DNA of 64,000 nucleotides from a virus, in the IMG/VR virus record IMGVR_UViG_3300035698_034402, positions 20,989 to 84,988 of that record. One strand, 5' to 3'. Shown here piece by piece: positions 18,552 through 27,772 of the stretch. The notes beneath the pieces are model-generated. The model was not told the origin of the DNA. It did not search any database and saw nothing but the letters and a program-made list of their open reading frames with translations. The position numbers and the translations under genes were made by a program. Position 1 is the first letter of the stretch. Each line of letters opens with the position of its first letter.

Positions 18552-21446
18552 ATGAGCTACGTTGTTCCCCAAGTCAAAGTGTTTCAGGAGTTCACGCAGA
18601 CTCCCGCGGCCATTACGAACCCGCTGTACGCGTTCATCGTCGGCCCGAATTTCTATCTATGCAAATATGCCGACGGTGAGGGGGAGCTGGGTCAATATGA
18701 TCCGGATGCTGATACCGCGTACAGCTGGCCGAATCGCCCCGCTGGAGCTGTTGTGGACCAGAGTTTCACCAAGGTGTACGTGAAGGACGCCTTGTTGCGC
18801 TTCTACAGCAATACCGCTGGAGACGTGTCCGACGAAATTCTGGCGGTGTATGGCTACAACAATCGCGTCCGGGCTACAGGTGTGAATTTTGCGGCTAACG
18901 GTACCACGTATCCGCGGGACACCGGATTGCCTGCTCGCGACGTCACCGTGGGCGACATCGCCCGGGTCTTCGCTAACGTGGGCGGTACTACTTACGAGCT
19001 GTGGTCTAAAATTACCGCTCTTGTAGCGGATCAAGCTACCCCGGTAGTCGGCTCGGCAACCGCGGACTCCGACAATTCTCCCGATTACGCTGTTAACTGC
19101 TGTGGCGCGGCTAATGGGCTGGATAACGGGGCCGACGCTGCGGTATCAAACACCGGCACTGGCGGAGGGCTGCGCAGCATCGCTGTAATCGCTGATTCTG
19201 CCGGGTACGCTGGTGTCGTTGCGGGTTATCCGCGGGAGATTTACACCGTCGTGATCACCACGGCTTCCGTGGGCGGAGCTGGTGCTTTGGCTACGGTAAC
19301 TAGCGGCAGCGGCACAGACGACGCCACGAGTGTGGCTATCGCGGCTACTGGCCAGGAAATCGGCTCCCGGGGGTTGACCTTCGATTGGGGCGGCTCCGGG
19401 GAATGGCGGGTCGGCGATACGTGGGTGATTTACGCGCGGCAGGACTTCCGGGCGCCGTCTCTGACCACCGGCGGAGGGTTCGACAGTGACGAGGACACCA
19501 CCTACATTCTCGAAGTCACCGCGGGCGGTGCTGGCGGCAGCGCGCAGGTTTCGGTGTCCACGACCAATGGCCTGGACGTCAGCGGACCGCACACTGTGAC
19601 CGAGGACGTACCGGTCACGATCGGCACTAAGGGGGTAACGGTCACTTTCGGTGACGGGGTGGGCGCGTGTTACGGCGACAGCTCGTCATCATCGGCGTCT
19701 CCCTGCCCGGCGCAATTCAACAAGGGCGACAAGTGGTATGTCGCGTGTACCGGTCGGGAGGGCGAGGGATACAAGACCCTGGTGTTAGCTGACGATTTGC
19801 CGTCGCAGCTACGTGCGGCTTTCAACTCGCAAGGAGGCGCGGGCTCCAGTTCTTCGTTGGTTGAGGCTTCGGATCTCAATTTGCAGTTATTTGTCAGCCG
19901 GGATATCCAGCTGCCGCGAGAGAACTTCCCTGACGCGCCTAATGTCAACTGGACCCAGAACGCCACACAGATCATCCTGGAATCCGGCGCTAAGGTGTAC
20001 CAGAGCGACTTCCTGGACGCCTTGGGCAACTCCGTGGCTTTGAATCTGGATGCGGATAGCGACGAACTCTACAGCATCTGTTATGTGGAGTACCGGGCGC
20101 TACTGCAGACCTACGCTACAGATATTAATACCATCTCCAGCATTAGCGACGTGGTCACCACTTTGGGCGAAGTAAGCACGGATAATCCGCTGGCGCTGGC
20201 AGTCTGGTACGCTCTACGAAACTCCAACGGTACAGCGGTCAAGTACATGGCCGTGCCGACTAATGATCTCGCTGGTTACAGCTTGGCCCTGGATAAGGCC
20301 ACCGGACGTCGGGACATCTACACCGTCGTACCGACGACGCGGAATGCTGTGATTCAGAATACTATTGCCGCCCACGTGGACGAGATGTCTGATGAAGAGA
20401 AGGGTCAATGGAGAATTGCCTTTTTCAACGGGGCTTCTTCGGCCATCGATCCTCTGGTTGCGGAGGACGAGTACTACCCGATCGGCGGTACTGACCAGTA
20501 TGAAGCAGACGACTTGCTGGCAACGATCGGCGATGATCCCGACGCTACAGGTACCCAGCACACCCGAGTGACTTGGGATCCGACGGCTTATCCGGCAGGT
20601 GGCGGATTCGTGGACAAGGGCGTCCGTGCGGGCGACTTGTTCCGAATTAATTACACCGGCGACGGATTTGGCGGCTCCAGCTACGATGACTACGTAATCG
20701 ACTCCGTCTTGAGCAATCAGACCTTGAGGTTGGTCAGCGGACCCAGTTCTCCGATCACTGTGGCCAGAAAGTTCTCTGTGCAACGGAGCTTTACTCGGGC
20801 GGAGGAGGCCGCGGAATACGGCGAGAAGGCTGGATCGTTCTCCGCTCGCCGAGTTTACTACGTGTGGCCCGACGTGATCGAAGATGCTTCGGGAGTTCAG
20901 GTCGAAGGGGTCTATCTCTGTGCGGCGATCGCCGGGCTGATTTCCGGAGTTGTGCCGCAGCAGGGGCTAACCAACGTGGCCATCGAGGGGTTCAGCGACG
21001 TGACGCGGACCACGGATTACATGGCCGAGTCGCAGCTGAACGCTATGGCCGGAGCGGGAGTGTGGGTCGTAGCCGAAGATCCGGATACCGGGCAGATCTA
21101 CTCGCGGCACGAGGTAAGTACCTGTACTACCGACCTGAACTGTCGCGAGCTGATGGTAGTGAAGAACGTTGACGCTATCTCGTATACATTCTTGAATCAG
21201 CTGGCGCCGTATATCGGGCGGGCCAACGTGACTCCTCGCTTTCTGATCCAGCTGCGGCGGGCCGTTATGGGCACAGTGGATTACCTGAAGTCCAATGGCT
21301 CGACTCCGAGTCTCGGAGGGCAGTTGATCGAGGCCGAGTTGACCGAATTGCGGCAGCATGCGGTGAATCTGGATCACGTGATTGCGACTCTTAGTATCAC
21401 GGTGCCCTACCCGCTCAACGTCGTGAGCCTGCATTTGGTCATCTGA
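18552..21446 (+). CDS. Contractile tail sheath protein (964 aa, with inserted beta domains)
   Basis: N-terminal YVVPQVKVFQEF; C-terminal sheath core (NVDAISY...YIGRANVT...VPYPLNVVSLHLVI); followed by the tube gene. Confidence 0.85.
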   Translation: MSYVVPQVKVFQEFTQTPAAITNPLYAFIVGPNFYLCKYADGEGELGQYDPDADTAYSWPNRPAGAVVDQSFTKVYVKDALLRFYSNTAGDVSDEILAVYGYNNRVRATGVNFAANGTTYPRDTGLPARDVTVGDIARVFANVGGTTYELWSKITALVADQATPVVGSATADSDNSPDYAVNCCGAANGLDNGADAAVSNTGTGGGLRSIAVIADSAGYAGVVAGYPREIYTVVITTASVGGAGALATVTSGSGTDDATSVAIAATGQEIGSRGLTFDWGGSGEWRVGDTWVIYARQDFRAPSLTTGGGFDSDEDTTYILEVTAGGAGGSAQVSVSTTNGLDVSGPHTVTEDVPVTIGTKGVTVTFGDGVGACYGDSSSSSASPCPAQFNKGDKWYVACTGREGEGYKTLVLADDLPSQLRAAFNSQGGAGSSSSLVEASDLNLQLFVSRDIQLPRENFPDAPNVNWTQNATQIILESGAKVYQSDFLDALGNSVALNLDADSDELYSICYVEYRALLQTYATDINTISSISDVVTTLGEVSTDNPLALAVWYALRNSNGTAVKYMAVPTNDLAGYSLALDKATGRRDIYTVVPTTRNAVIQNTIAAHVDEMSDEEKGQWRIAFFNGASSAIDPLVAEDEYYPIGGTDQYEADDLLATIGDDPDATGTQHTRVTWDPTAYPAGGGFVDKGVRAGDLFRINYTGDGFGGSSYDDYVIDSVLSNQTLRLVSGPSSPITVARKFSVQRSFTRAEEAAEYGEKAGSFSARRVYYVWPDVIEDASGVQVEGVYLCAAIAGLISGVVPQQGLTNVAIEGFSDVTRTTDYMAESQLNAMAGAGVWVVAEDPDTGQIYSRHEVSTCTTDLNCRELMVVKNVDAISYTFLNQLAPYIGRANVTPRFLIQLRRAVMGTVDYLKSNGSTPSLGGQLIEAELTELRQHAVNLDHVIATLSITVPYPLNVVSLHLVI

Positions 21447-21525
21447 TTAACAGAGTTAACGATGCCTGCGTTCGTGCGAAATTAAGAAGAGTAAGCTGGC
21501 CGCATAGGCCAGAAGGAGAGTTACA

Positions 21526-22032
21526 ATGGCAGATGGCACTTTGGATATTTTGGGCAGAACGCCCCAGGTAGCTAACCGGGCCTACAGTTCGGACTCTTTT
21601 CAGATCGCGATTGCCGGGCCAGATCATGATTTCCTTTTAGTTCAGCAGGTGTCGATGAACTATGCCCAAAATGTTACACGGCTATTTGATCTGGAGAACG
21701 CAGACTTCCAGGCTTACGTGGCTTCGCGTCCTCAGGGGCAAATGACCATGGCGAATGTGGTCACCAACCTGGAGTCGATGATCGAGTTTTTGCAGACCTA
21801 CGGCGATGTCTGCACGGCGGACGTCAACAAGAACATCTTGATCGAGATCCAAGGTCGCACGGAAGACACTGGGCTTTGCCGGGTTCAAGGCGGCTCGATC
21901 TCGCTTAGCCAGCCTGTTCTGGTCTCAACTGCTCTGTCCATCGCCGTAGCTGATTACGTGGTCAATAACAATATGGCCTTCATTTTTGCCAGCGCGAAGT
22001 CAGCGGGATCTACGTCTGGTCAGATCGCCTAG
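21526..22032 (+). CDS. Tail tube protein
   Basis: 168 aa after the sheath gene; LVQQVSMNYAQNVTRLFDL...YVASRPQGQMTM pattern; RBS aaggag. Confidence 0.7.
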   Translation: MADGTLDILGRTPQVANRAYSSDSFQIAIAGPDHDFLLVQQVSMNYAQNVTRLFDLENADFQAYVASRPQGQMTMANVVTNLESMIEFLQTYGDVCTADVNKNILIEIQGRTEDTGLCRVQGGSISLSQPVLVSTALSIAVADYVVNNNMAFIFASAKSAGSTSGQIA

Positions 22033-22101
22033 TAGGGCAGTAACATGAGTTTCGCGCCAGGGCAATCTGCGTAATACATCCGACGGGCTCTTTGCCGCAG
22101 C

Positions 22102-22142
22102 TAGCGGTTGCCGCATAATACATGCCGCAACCGCTATCTTTT
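22102..22142 (+). terminator. Rho-independent terminator-like hairpin after the tube gene
   Basis: tagcggttgc...gcaaccgcta stem followed by tctttt. Confidence 0.6.
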
Positions 22143-22153
22143 AGGAGCTTACT

Positions 22154-24991
22154 ATGAGCGGTCTTTCCGGAATGGGACTTGGGGTCGCAGCACTTCGTCA
22201 GGATCGCGCAGCACATCCTATCCTTTCGATGCCGCCCGGCACTTTGTTCGTTTCCGAAGTGGTCGATTGCATTGCTCATTACGGCACGGTCAAGGTAAAT
22301 CCGGCGGTCGGTGGCGTCACCACCGGGGTGCCCTTGTGGGGGTCCAGTGGCATCTGGGGTCCGCGACGGATCGGCGCCGCTTACCCGCCGCATACTAAAG
22401 TGCTCTGTTTGCGCCCCCCAGGCGAAGACTTCTGTTATGTGCTGGGGGCGATTCCTCACTGGATCATTTCTCCCCAGTTCAATATGGTTCCCGATTGGCT
22501 AGTGATGGGCTCGATGTCCGGATTGGGGTTCGATCGGGTCCATTCCGGGCTTACTGAGCGTCCCAAAGGAGTCTCCCCGGACATCAATTTCGGCGCCGGG
22601 CGCCCAGCTGACGAATTGCCCGGAGATGACGGGTTCATTAATGAGTTAGGGGTGAGCTACGGGATGGGGCGTTTGATGGCCTGGTTACGCGCCAGCCATT
22701 TTTGTGGCGTCGAAGCCCACTGGGTAGACGATCTGCTGCGGCTCAAGGGAGTGAATCTGGAGATAATGACCTCGTCCAGTGAGCTGCGCGCTTTCAACGA
22801 CGAGGGAGAATTTACCGAGCTGTTGCGCTGGGGTCCGTATCCTTGGGAAACAACGGGGATTTACCTTCCGAACACGGATTTCACGAAACACGGGCACGGG
22901 CGGTGGGAGACCGCAGCGGACGGGATCAACCGAGCCGGTCGTGAGCCTCAAGAGGACGACCAGGCGGGTATCTGGAGAGTACAACGTTTCCGCGGGTACC
23001 TGGGGGATTTGGAACGTACCGTTGTGGCCTTGCCAAAGGCCAGCACCTTCGCCGAAGGCGTGGAGCAAATGTCCCGGGACACCGTGTTGCCGGGACTATT
23101 GGACGCAGGCTTCGGAATCGACGGCGCTTACCATATCCGTTCAGCTAAGAGAGTGCTCTTCGAGAAAACTATAGTGCTACCTGTCCCCAAGGAGAAGATT
23201 GCTCCTGACGACCCGACAGGAGACAGCGCCGACGACTACAAAGCTGCGGGCATCTTTGGCACCGGCGAGGACCACACCAAGCAAGAGCCTGAACTACTCG
23301 ACGATCAAGCCGGGCTGCGCTCTTTCTTGTTCTACGAGCGTCACGCTTTGCTTTACGGCTACAACGCCAATCTTCCTTTCATCCGGCACACCAAAGACTG
23401 GTTTCTACCTGAAGAACTGGATGTGTTGAATGAGCTGGGGGTCCGTTCCGGGCTCTACTACTCGGACGAACCAGTCGATGACATAGCGTTCTGGATGCCG
23501 CTGCCTGCCAGCGTGGACCTGGACGTGGACCATCGAGGGAAGGCTAAATACTTTGTCGGACGAGCTTTGCAGTTGTTCGACGAGGACGGCAGCATCATTT
23601 TGGAGGACGCTTACGGCAGCCAGATTCGTATGGAGGGCGGTAACATTATCCTGGCCGCGCGGAACGACGTGCTTTTGCAGCCGGGTCGGAATGCCGTACT
23701 GATGCCTCCGAACGACCTGATTCTACGTTGCGGTCACTCTGCGGATCTAACAGCCAGCCACGGGGACGTGCGGATCAAAGCCCAGGGCAATTTGATGATG
23801 GCCGCAGTGGACAAGGGAGTGCTCATCGAAGCCCGAGACAGCGGCGGCACTCCGGATTGGGAACAGCTGGGCGAGGGCGTCGAGAGTCGGGGGGTATTGG
23901 TCAAGGCGCTCAATTCCAGCGTGATTACCATGAGCAAGGACGCCTACTTCCGTGCCGGGGCTTTGGAAAGTGACCGGACGTCGGGGCAGTTGCATCTGGA
24001 CGCGGGAGAAGGCGCTGGGCCGCTGTATCTGCACGGCGGGACAATTGCCGGGCGGGCGCTAACTCGGGTCGAGTTCGTTACCGGCACTACGGGGGAGTCA
24101 GAGAACGCGGTGTCCATGGACCTGACTACCTCCGAGTTTCTCCTGGGCGGCAAGGCCTTGCTCAACGCCACGATCGGGGCGGCCAACGTTAATCTGACCC
24201 ACGAGGAGTATGACACCAGTCTCAAGGTTATCGGCAGCATTTTCGCCTCTAAGGATGCGTGGCTTGGCGGCGGGTTGGTAGTCGGCGGGATCATTCGTGG
24301 CAATGGGCAGTTGTTGCTGCATGGTAGTATTACCGCTGACGGAAACGGCCTGTTTACGGGATCGCTCGTTGCCCATGGTATTGCAGCTGATACCGGGGCT
24401 CCGTTCTTGGCGTCGACCGGCGATTCGTTTAACGCTTCAGAGCAGGTCCCGCCGGACCATCCAACGATGGGCCAGGATATTACGGATTCCGAGGCTGAGC
24501 GCTCGCGTAACGCGTTACAGCAAGCGAGAGTTAGCGACAACCAGGCAATAACTCAGCTCAAAGAGGATCTTTACGGGGACGACAGTCGGTTCGCCAGCGA
24601 GATGTTAGTAGATCAGGCGGTATTCTCTTTCCGTACTCCGGACGATTACGGCACAGCGCAGGATTTCGTCTGGTTCGAGTCGCGTTGGCAGGAGCTAAAC
24701 CGCAAGATTTTCGGGAAAACTGCGGTCTGGGACGAGATCGCTTTACGTACGCCGGGGACTGGGCGGCAGACCATGCCCTATCCTGGTTACGAGGTTTGGG
24801 GAGAGGAAACTGCCTTTCGTATACTGGAAAGCAAGTTGTTCGACTTCTCGACGGGTACGGCCAAACGACGCACTGGTGGAGAAGATGCGGGGGCGGAAAC
24901 TAGTCAGCCGGGGATCGAGGACGACCTGGCGCTAGGCGAAGTGCAGAGGCGGACTCTTGCTGATGCTTACATTGTGACCTTACAGAACTGA
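22154..24991 (+). CDS. Baseplate central spike/hub protein (gp5/VgrG-like, beta-helical C-half)
   Basis: N-terminal OB-like region (YPPHTKVLCLRP...CYVLGAIP); DGSIILEDAYGSQIRMEGGNIILAA beta-helix repeats; follows the tube gene. Confidence 0.6.
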   Translation: MSGLSGMGLGVAALRQDRAAHPILSMPPGTLFVSEVVDCIAHYGTVKVNPAVGGVTTGVPLWGSSGIWGPRRIGAAYPPHTKVLCLRPPGEDFCYVLGAIPHWIISPQFNMVPDWLVMGSMSGLGFDRVHSGLTERPKGVSPDINFGAGRPADELPGDDGFINELGVSYGMGRLMAWLRASHFCGVEAHWVDDLLRLKGVNLEIMTSSSELRAFNDEGEFTELLRWGPYPWETTGIYLPNTDFTKHGHGRWETAADGINRAGREPQEDDQAGIWRVQRFRGYLGDLERTVVALPKASTFAEGVEQMSRDTVLPGLLDAGFGIDGAYHIRSAKRVLFEKTIVLPVPKEKIAPDDPTGDSADDYKAAGIFGTGEDHTKQEPELLDDQAGLRSFLFYERHALLYGYNANLPFIRHTKDWFLPEELDVLNELGVRSGLYYSDEPVDDIAFWMPLPASVDLDVDHRGKAKYFVGRALQLFDEDGSIILEDAYGSQIRMEGGNIILAARNDVLLQPGRNAVLMPPNDLILRCGHSADLTASHGDVRIKAQGNLMMAAVDKGVLIEARDSGGTPDWEQLGEGVESRGVLVKALNSSVITMSKDAYFRAGALESDRTSGQLHLDAGEGAGPLYLHGGTIAGRALTRVEFVTGTTGESENAVSMDLTTSEFLLGGKALLNATIGAANVNLTHEEYDTSLKVIGSIFASKDAWLGGGLVVGGIIRGNGQLLLHGSITADGNGLFTGSLVAHGIAADTGAPFLASTGDSFNASEQVPPDHPTMGQDITDSEAERSRNALQQARVSDNQAITQLKEDLYGDDSRFASEMLVDQAVFSFRTPDDYGTAQDFVWFESRWQELNRKIFGKTAVWDEIALRTPGTGRQTMPYPGYEVWGEETAFRILESKLFDFSTGTAKRRTGGEDAGAETSQPGIEDDLALGEVQRRTLADAYIVTLQN

Positions 24992-25239
24992 AATCCTGGA
25001 GAACGCCAATCGACTGCCGCCAATTTTTTGACGGTATGAAAGAAGGAGGAAGCCAACCTCCGACTTTCATCGTAAGAGTCGATTAGACAGGAGATCTTCG
25101 AGGTCTCAACTAGCCACCTGGACGTGGCAGTCCGAAGTATGATGCTGGATGCCTCCCTAGTCTGCATCCTCTACGGTGGTGAGTGTCGAAGGGATTAGTT
25201 GCCGTCTCCGAAAGGAGACGAGAGGAGAGGTAACTCTCA
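24985..25239 (+). ncRNA. omega-RNA (HEARO-like) of the IsrB element; the 5' ~20 nt is the putative guide
   Basis: Non-coding, highly structured: aatcgact (25008-15) pairs with agtcgatt (25077-84); inner atgaaag/ctttcat stem; HEARO-like ggatgcctccctagtc and gtcgaaggg; gtctccgaaaggagac hairpin; directly upstream of a PLMP/RRXRR ORF. Confidence 0.7.
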
Positions 25240-26300
25240 ATGTTTGTACCTGTAATTAGCAGTACAGAAAATCCTTTAATGCCTTGTCATCCGGCAAGGG
25301 CCAGGGAACTTCTGGCGAAGGGTAAAGCTGTACGGAAGTTTGACCGAGGATTGTTTTATCTCCGATTGGCCGATCGTGAAGATGGAAAGGTTCAACCGGT
25401 GACTGTAGGTATCGATCCTGGCTCCAAGAAGGAAGCTTTTAGTGTCAAGTCCGAAGCTCATACCTATTTGAACATCCAAACGGATGCTGTGACTTGGGTT
25501 TCCAGACATATTAAATCCCGGAGAGAAGCCCGTAGAGCCCGGCGTTCTCGGAAGACTCCTTATCGGAAATGTCGCCGAAATCGAAGTGTCAAAAATCGGC
25601 TTCCTCCTTCAACCCGAGCCCGTTGGGGCTGGAAACTGAGGATCTGCAATTGGTTGGCTCGAAGGTACCCGATTACAACTTTTGTAGTCGAGGACATTAA
25701 GGCTGTCTCTCGAAAAGGACAGCGCCGCTGGAATCGATCCTTCAGTCCTCTACAGATCGGCAAGAACTGGTTCTATAAAGAGCTGGAAAAGTTAGCTAAA
25801 GTCAAAACTTACTTCGGTTATGAAACCAAGGAGTTTCGGGATTCTCTAGGTCTCAAGAAGATCAGTAAGAAGCTGTCGGATCGATTCGAGGCCCACTGTG
25901 TTGACAGCTGGGTTCTGGCAAACTCCGAAACAGGAGGACATCTTCGGCCAGATGATACCGAGATAATGTATGTCGTTCCTCTGCAATTTCATCGCCGACA
26001 ACTTCATCGTTTCTTGTCAAAAAATGGAGAGCGTAAACGTTACGGGGGGACAATTAGCCTGGGATTTAAGAGGGGGACTTGGGTAAAACATCCAAAGCAC
26101 GGGGTGGGATATATCGGCGGCTGCAAAAATGAGAGGCTTAGTTTACATGGACTTTGGGGCGGAGAGAGACTTTGTCAGAATGCAAGACCCGAGGACTGTG
26201 TTATGCTGACTCGGTGTTCTTGGCGGGTGCGCAAGGGCGAGGTATCCCGAGAGAGCTTGAGTGGGAAATCGCAGAGAGCAGCGTGATTTTGGTACTTTAA
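25005..26300 (+). mobile_element. Non-autonomous IS200/IS605-family OMEGA element (isrB plus omega-RNA, no tnpA)
   Basis: Visibly lower GC than flanks; interrupts the spike-chaperone gene order; ends approximate. Confidence 0.65.
25240..26286 (+). CDS. isrB: IsrB RNA-guided nickase (RRXRR family, split RuvC, no HNH)
   Basis: PLMP motif (NPLMPCHPARAR), RuvC-I GIDPG, Arg-rich bridge helix, RuvC-II VVEDIK, RuvC-III AHCVD, RRQLH; 348 aa; no CxxC/HNH insert. Confidence 0.85.
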   Translation: MFVPVISSTENPLMPCHPARARELLAKGKAVRKFDRGLFYLRLADREDGKVQPVTVGIDPGSKKEAFSVKSEAHTYLNIQTDAVTWVSRHIKSRREARRARRSRKTPYRKCRRNRSVKNRLPPSTRARWGWKLRICNWLARRYPITTFVVEDIKAVSRKGQRRWNRSFSPLQIGKNWFYKELEKLAKVKTYFGYETKEFRDSLGLKKISKKLSDRFEAHCVDSWVLANSETGGHLRPDDTEIMYVVPLQFHRRQLHRFLSKNGERKRYGGTISLGFKRGTWVKHPKHGVGYIGGCKNERLSLHGLWGGERLCQNARPEDCVMLTRCSWRVRKGEVSRESLSGKSQRAA

Positions 26301-26311
26301 GAGGCAGAATA

Positions 26312-27352
26312 ATGAAGAAACAAGGCCATCTGAGTAAATTTCCTGAGGAGCAGCTGGTCGAAGCCAAGAGTTTGTCTGGCAGATTTGATCGTGCGGACCA
26401 GTCTCTCTCCCCTCTGGAACGTGCGGTAGCGGAGCACCAAGGCCTGTTGAACGAAGAGGGGCAGATTAAACCGGAGCACCTGCGGTCACAGGTGACGGCC
26501 CCAGAGTTAAATTTGCCGCCGGGGGTCACTGCTCCCGTGCCGCTGGAAGATCTAAAGCCGGAGATTGCCGCGCAGGTGGAAGAGCAGGTGCAGGAGATTC
26601 GAGGCGAAGCGGCGCCGTCAGCGGACGTCGACGCCGACAAGCAGGTCAGTGCGCCGCTGCCCCCACCGGACTTCAGCGACGGCGAGCCGGAGGACCCGGG
26701 GCTTCCACCGGGGGATCCCGGAGAGATTAAAGGCGCCGGAAGCAAGGTAAGCATTGATGTAGGCGCCGTGGTGGCCAACGCTCTGGAGCCGGTGCGATGC
26801 AGCCATTGCGGCTGGGACATCCGCGGAGCCTTTCAGAGCCCCCCGTTTACCGAAGACGACAAACTGGCTTTTGTTCGCCATATCATGAGCAAGACTGGTC
26901 GTTTCTACAAGACTTTCGAGGTATTTGACGGCCAGTTGAAAGTAACTTTGAGATCCCGTTCTCAGCGCGAATCGGAGATGATCCTGGATCGGGCGCGTAA
27001 GGATCTGCACGAGGAAGCTGTAACCAGCATGGGAGATATGGCCGCTCAGATGCAGCGTTATCACATGTCGGCGGCGGTGCACAAGTTGGCCCCCGCTGTG
27101 GACGCAGGAGAGATAGAGAAATTCCCGTTCCTGCAGGATGTAAATCCTCCGGAGGCCTATGACAGCGATCCCCAGCCGGAGTTTGATGCAGTGAAAGCAG
27201 TTGATAATGAAGTGTTCAGCAGCGGGCGGCCGACTGCTTTGTATACGGTAGTTTTCGCGCTGTGGTTGGAGTTCGAGAAGCTCTATGGTTGGTTCTCATC
27301 CAAGGCCCATGAACCGGATTTTTGGAAAGCAGCCGCTGGGGATCACTCTTAG
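26312..27352 (+). CDS. Tail assembly chaperone (gpG-like) with Zn-ribbon
   Basis: ATG at 26312; Pro/Glu-rich N-terminus, CSHC; two ORFs before the tape measure gene. Confidence 0.55.
   Translation: MKKQGHLSKFPEEQLVEAKSLSGRFDRADQSLSPLERAVAEHQGLLNEEGQIKPEHLRSQVTAPELNLPPGVTAPVPLEDLKPEIAAQVEEQVQEIRGEAAPSADVDADKQVSAPLPPPDFSDGEPEDPGLPPGDPGEIKGAGSKVSIDVGAVVANALEPVRCSHCGWDIRGAFQSPPFTEDDKLAFVRHIMSKTGRFYKTFEVFDGQLKVTLRSRSQRESEMILDRARKDLHEEAVTSMGDMAAQMQRYHMSAAVHKLAPAVDAGEIEKFPFLQDVNPPEAYDSDPQPEFDAVKAVDNEVFSSGRPTALYTVVFALWLEFEKLYGWFSSKAHEPDFWKAAAGDHS
27316..27322 (+). promoter_or_regulatory. Candidate -1 programmed ribosomal frameshift site G GAT TTT
   Basis: Downstream ORF is in the -1 frame and open only from 27313; the slippery-like heptamer lies in the overlap. 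Confidence 0.55.
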
Positions 27353-27771
27353 TACGGGCCGCCGCCAGAGGACTGCTTGATCCAGGAGATGGCTGCCCGT
27401 TGACGCGCCATTACTCGTTCCGCGAGGCGCTGATTATCAATGAGCTGGCTCGGGAAGAGGGAGTAGAACTCAGCAAGACCATGGCCCAGATGCAGGCCAG
27501 CGGTGCCCAGGTGTTGACTGTCGGAGCTTATGAGAAAGTTTGGTGGAAGCTGTTTGAGCATGCCAGCGATCAGGCCTTACTGGCTTATCAAAGAATGGGC
27601 CGACTGATGATGCCCTGGGACCAGAGTTGGAGTGAAGCTCTGGATCGTACGCAACAACGGGTCTATGAAAGAACCAACGAGATCGGCACTACCGGCCTGA
27701 GCGATCAGAGCATCGTTAAATTGGTCTCGGAATACGAACGGGAAAAACAACGGCGGGAGCGACAGCCCTAG
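27322..27771 (+). CDS. Tail assembly chaperone extension (gpT-like), probably translated by frameshift
   Basis: -1 frame overlap with the chaperone gene; only a TTG start with no obvious RBS; ends just before the tape measure ATG. Confidence 0.55.
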   Translation: MESSRWGSLLVRAAARGLLDPGDGCPLTRHYSFREALIINELAREEGVELSKTMAQMQASGAQVLTVGAYEKVWWKLFEHASDQALLAYQRMGRLMMPWDQSWSEALDRTQQRVYERTNEIGTTGLSDQSIVKLVSEYEREKQRRERQP

Positions 27772-27772
27772 G

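Noticed and set aside
25240-26286. IscB, TnpB or Cas9 call
   Set aside because: No HNH or Zn-finger insert between the RuvC motifs and only 348 aa; PLMP and RRXRR features exclude TnpB; IsrB fits best.
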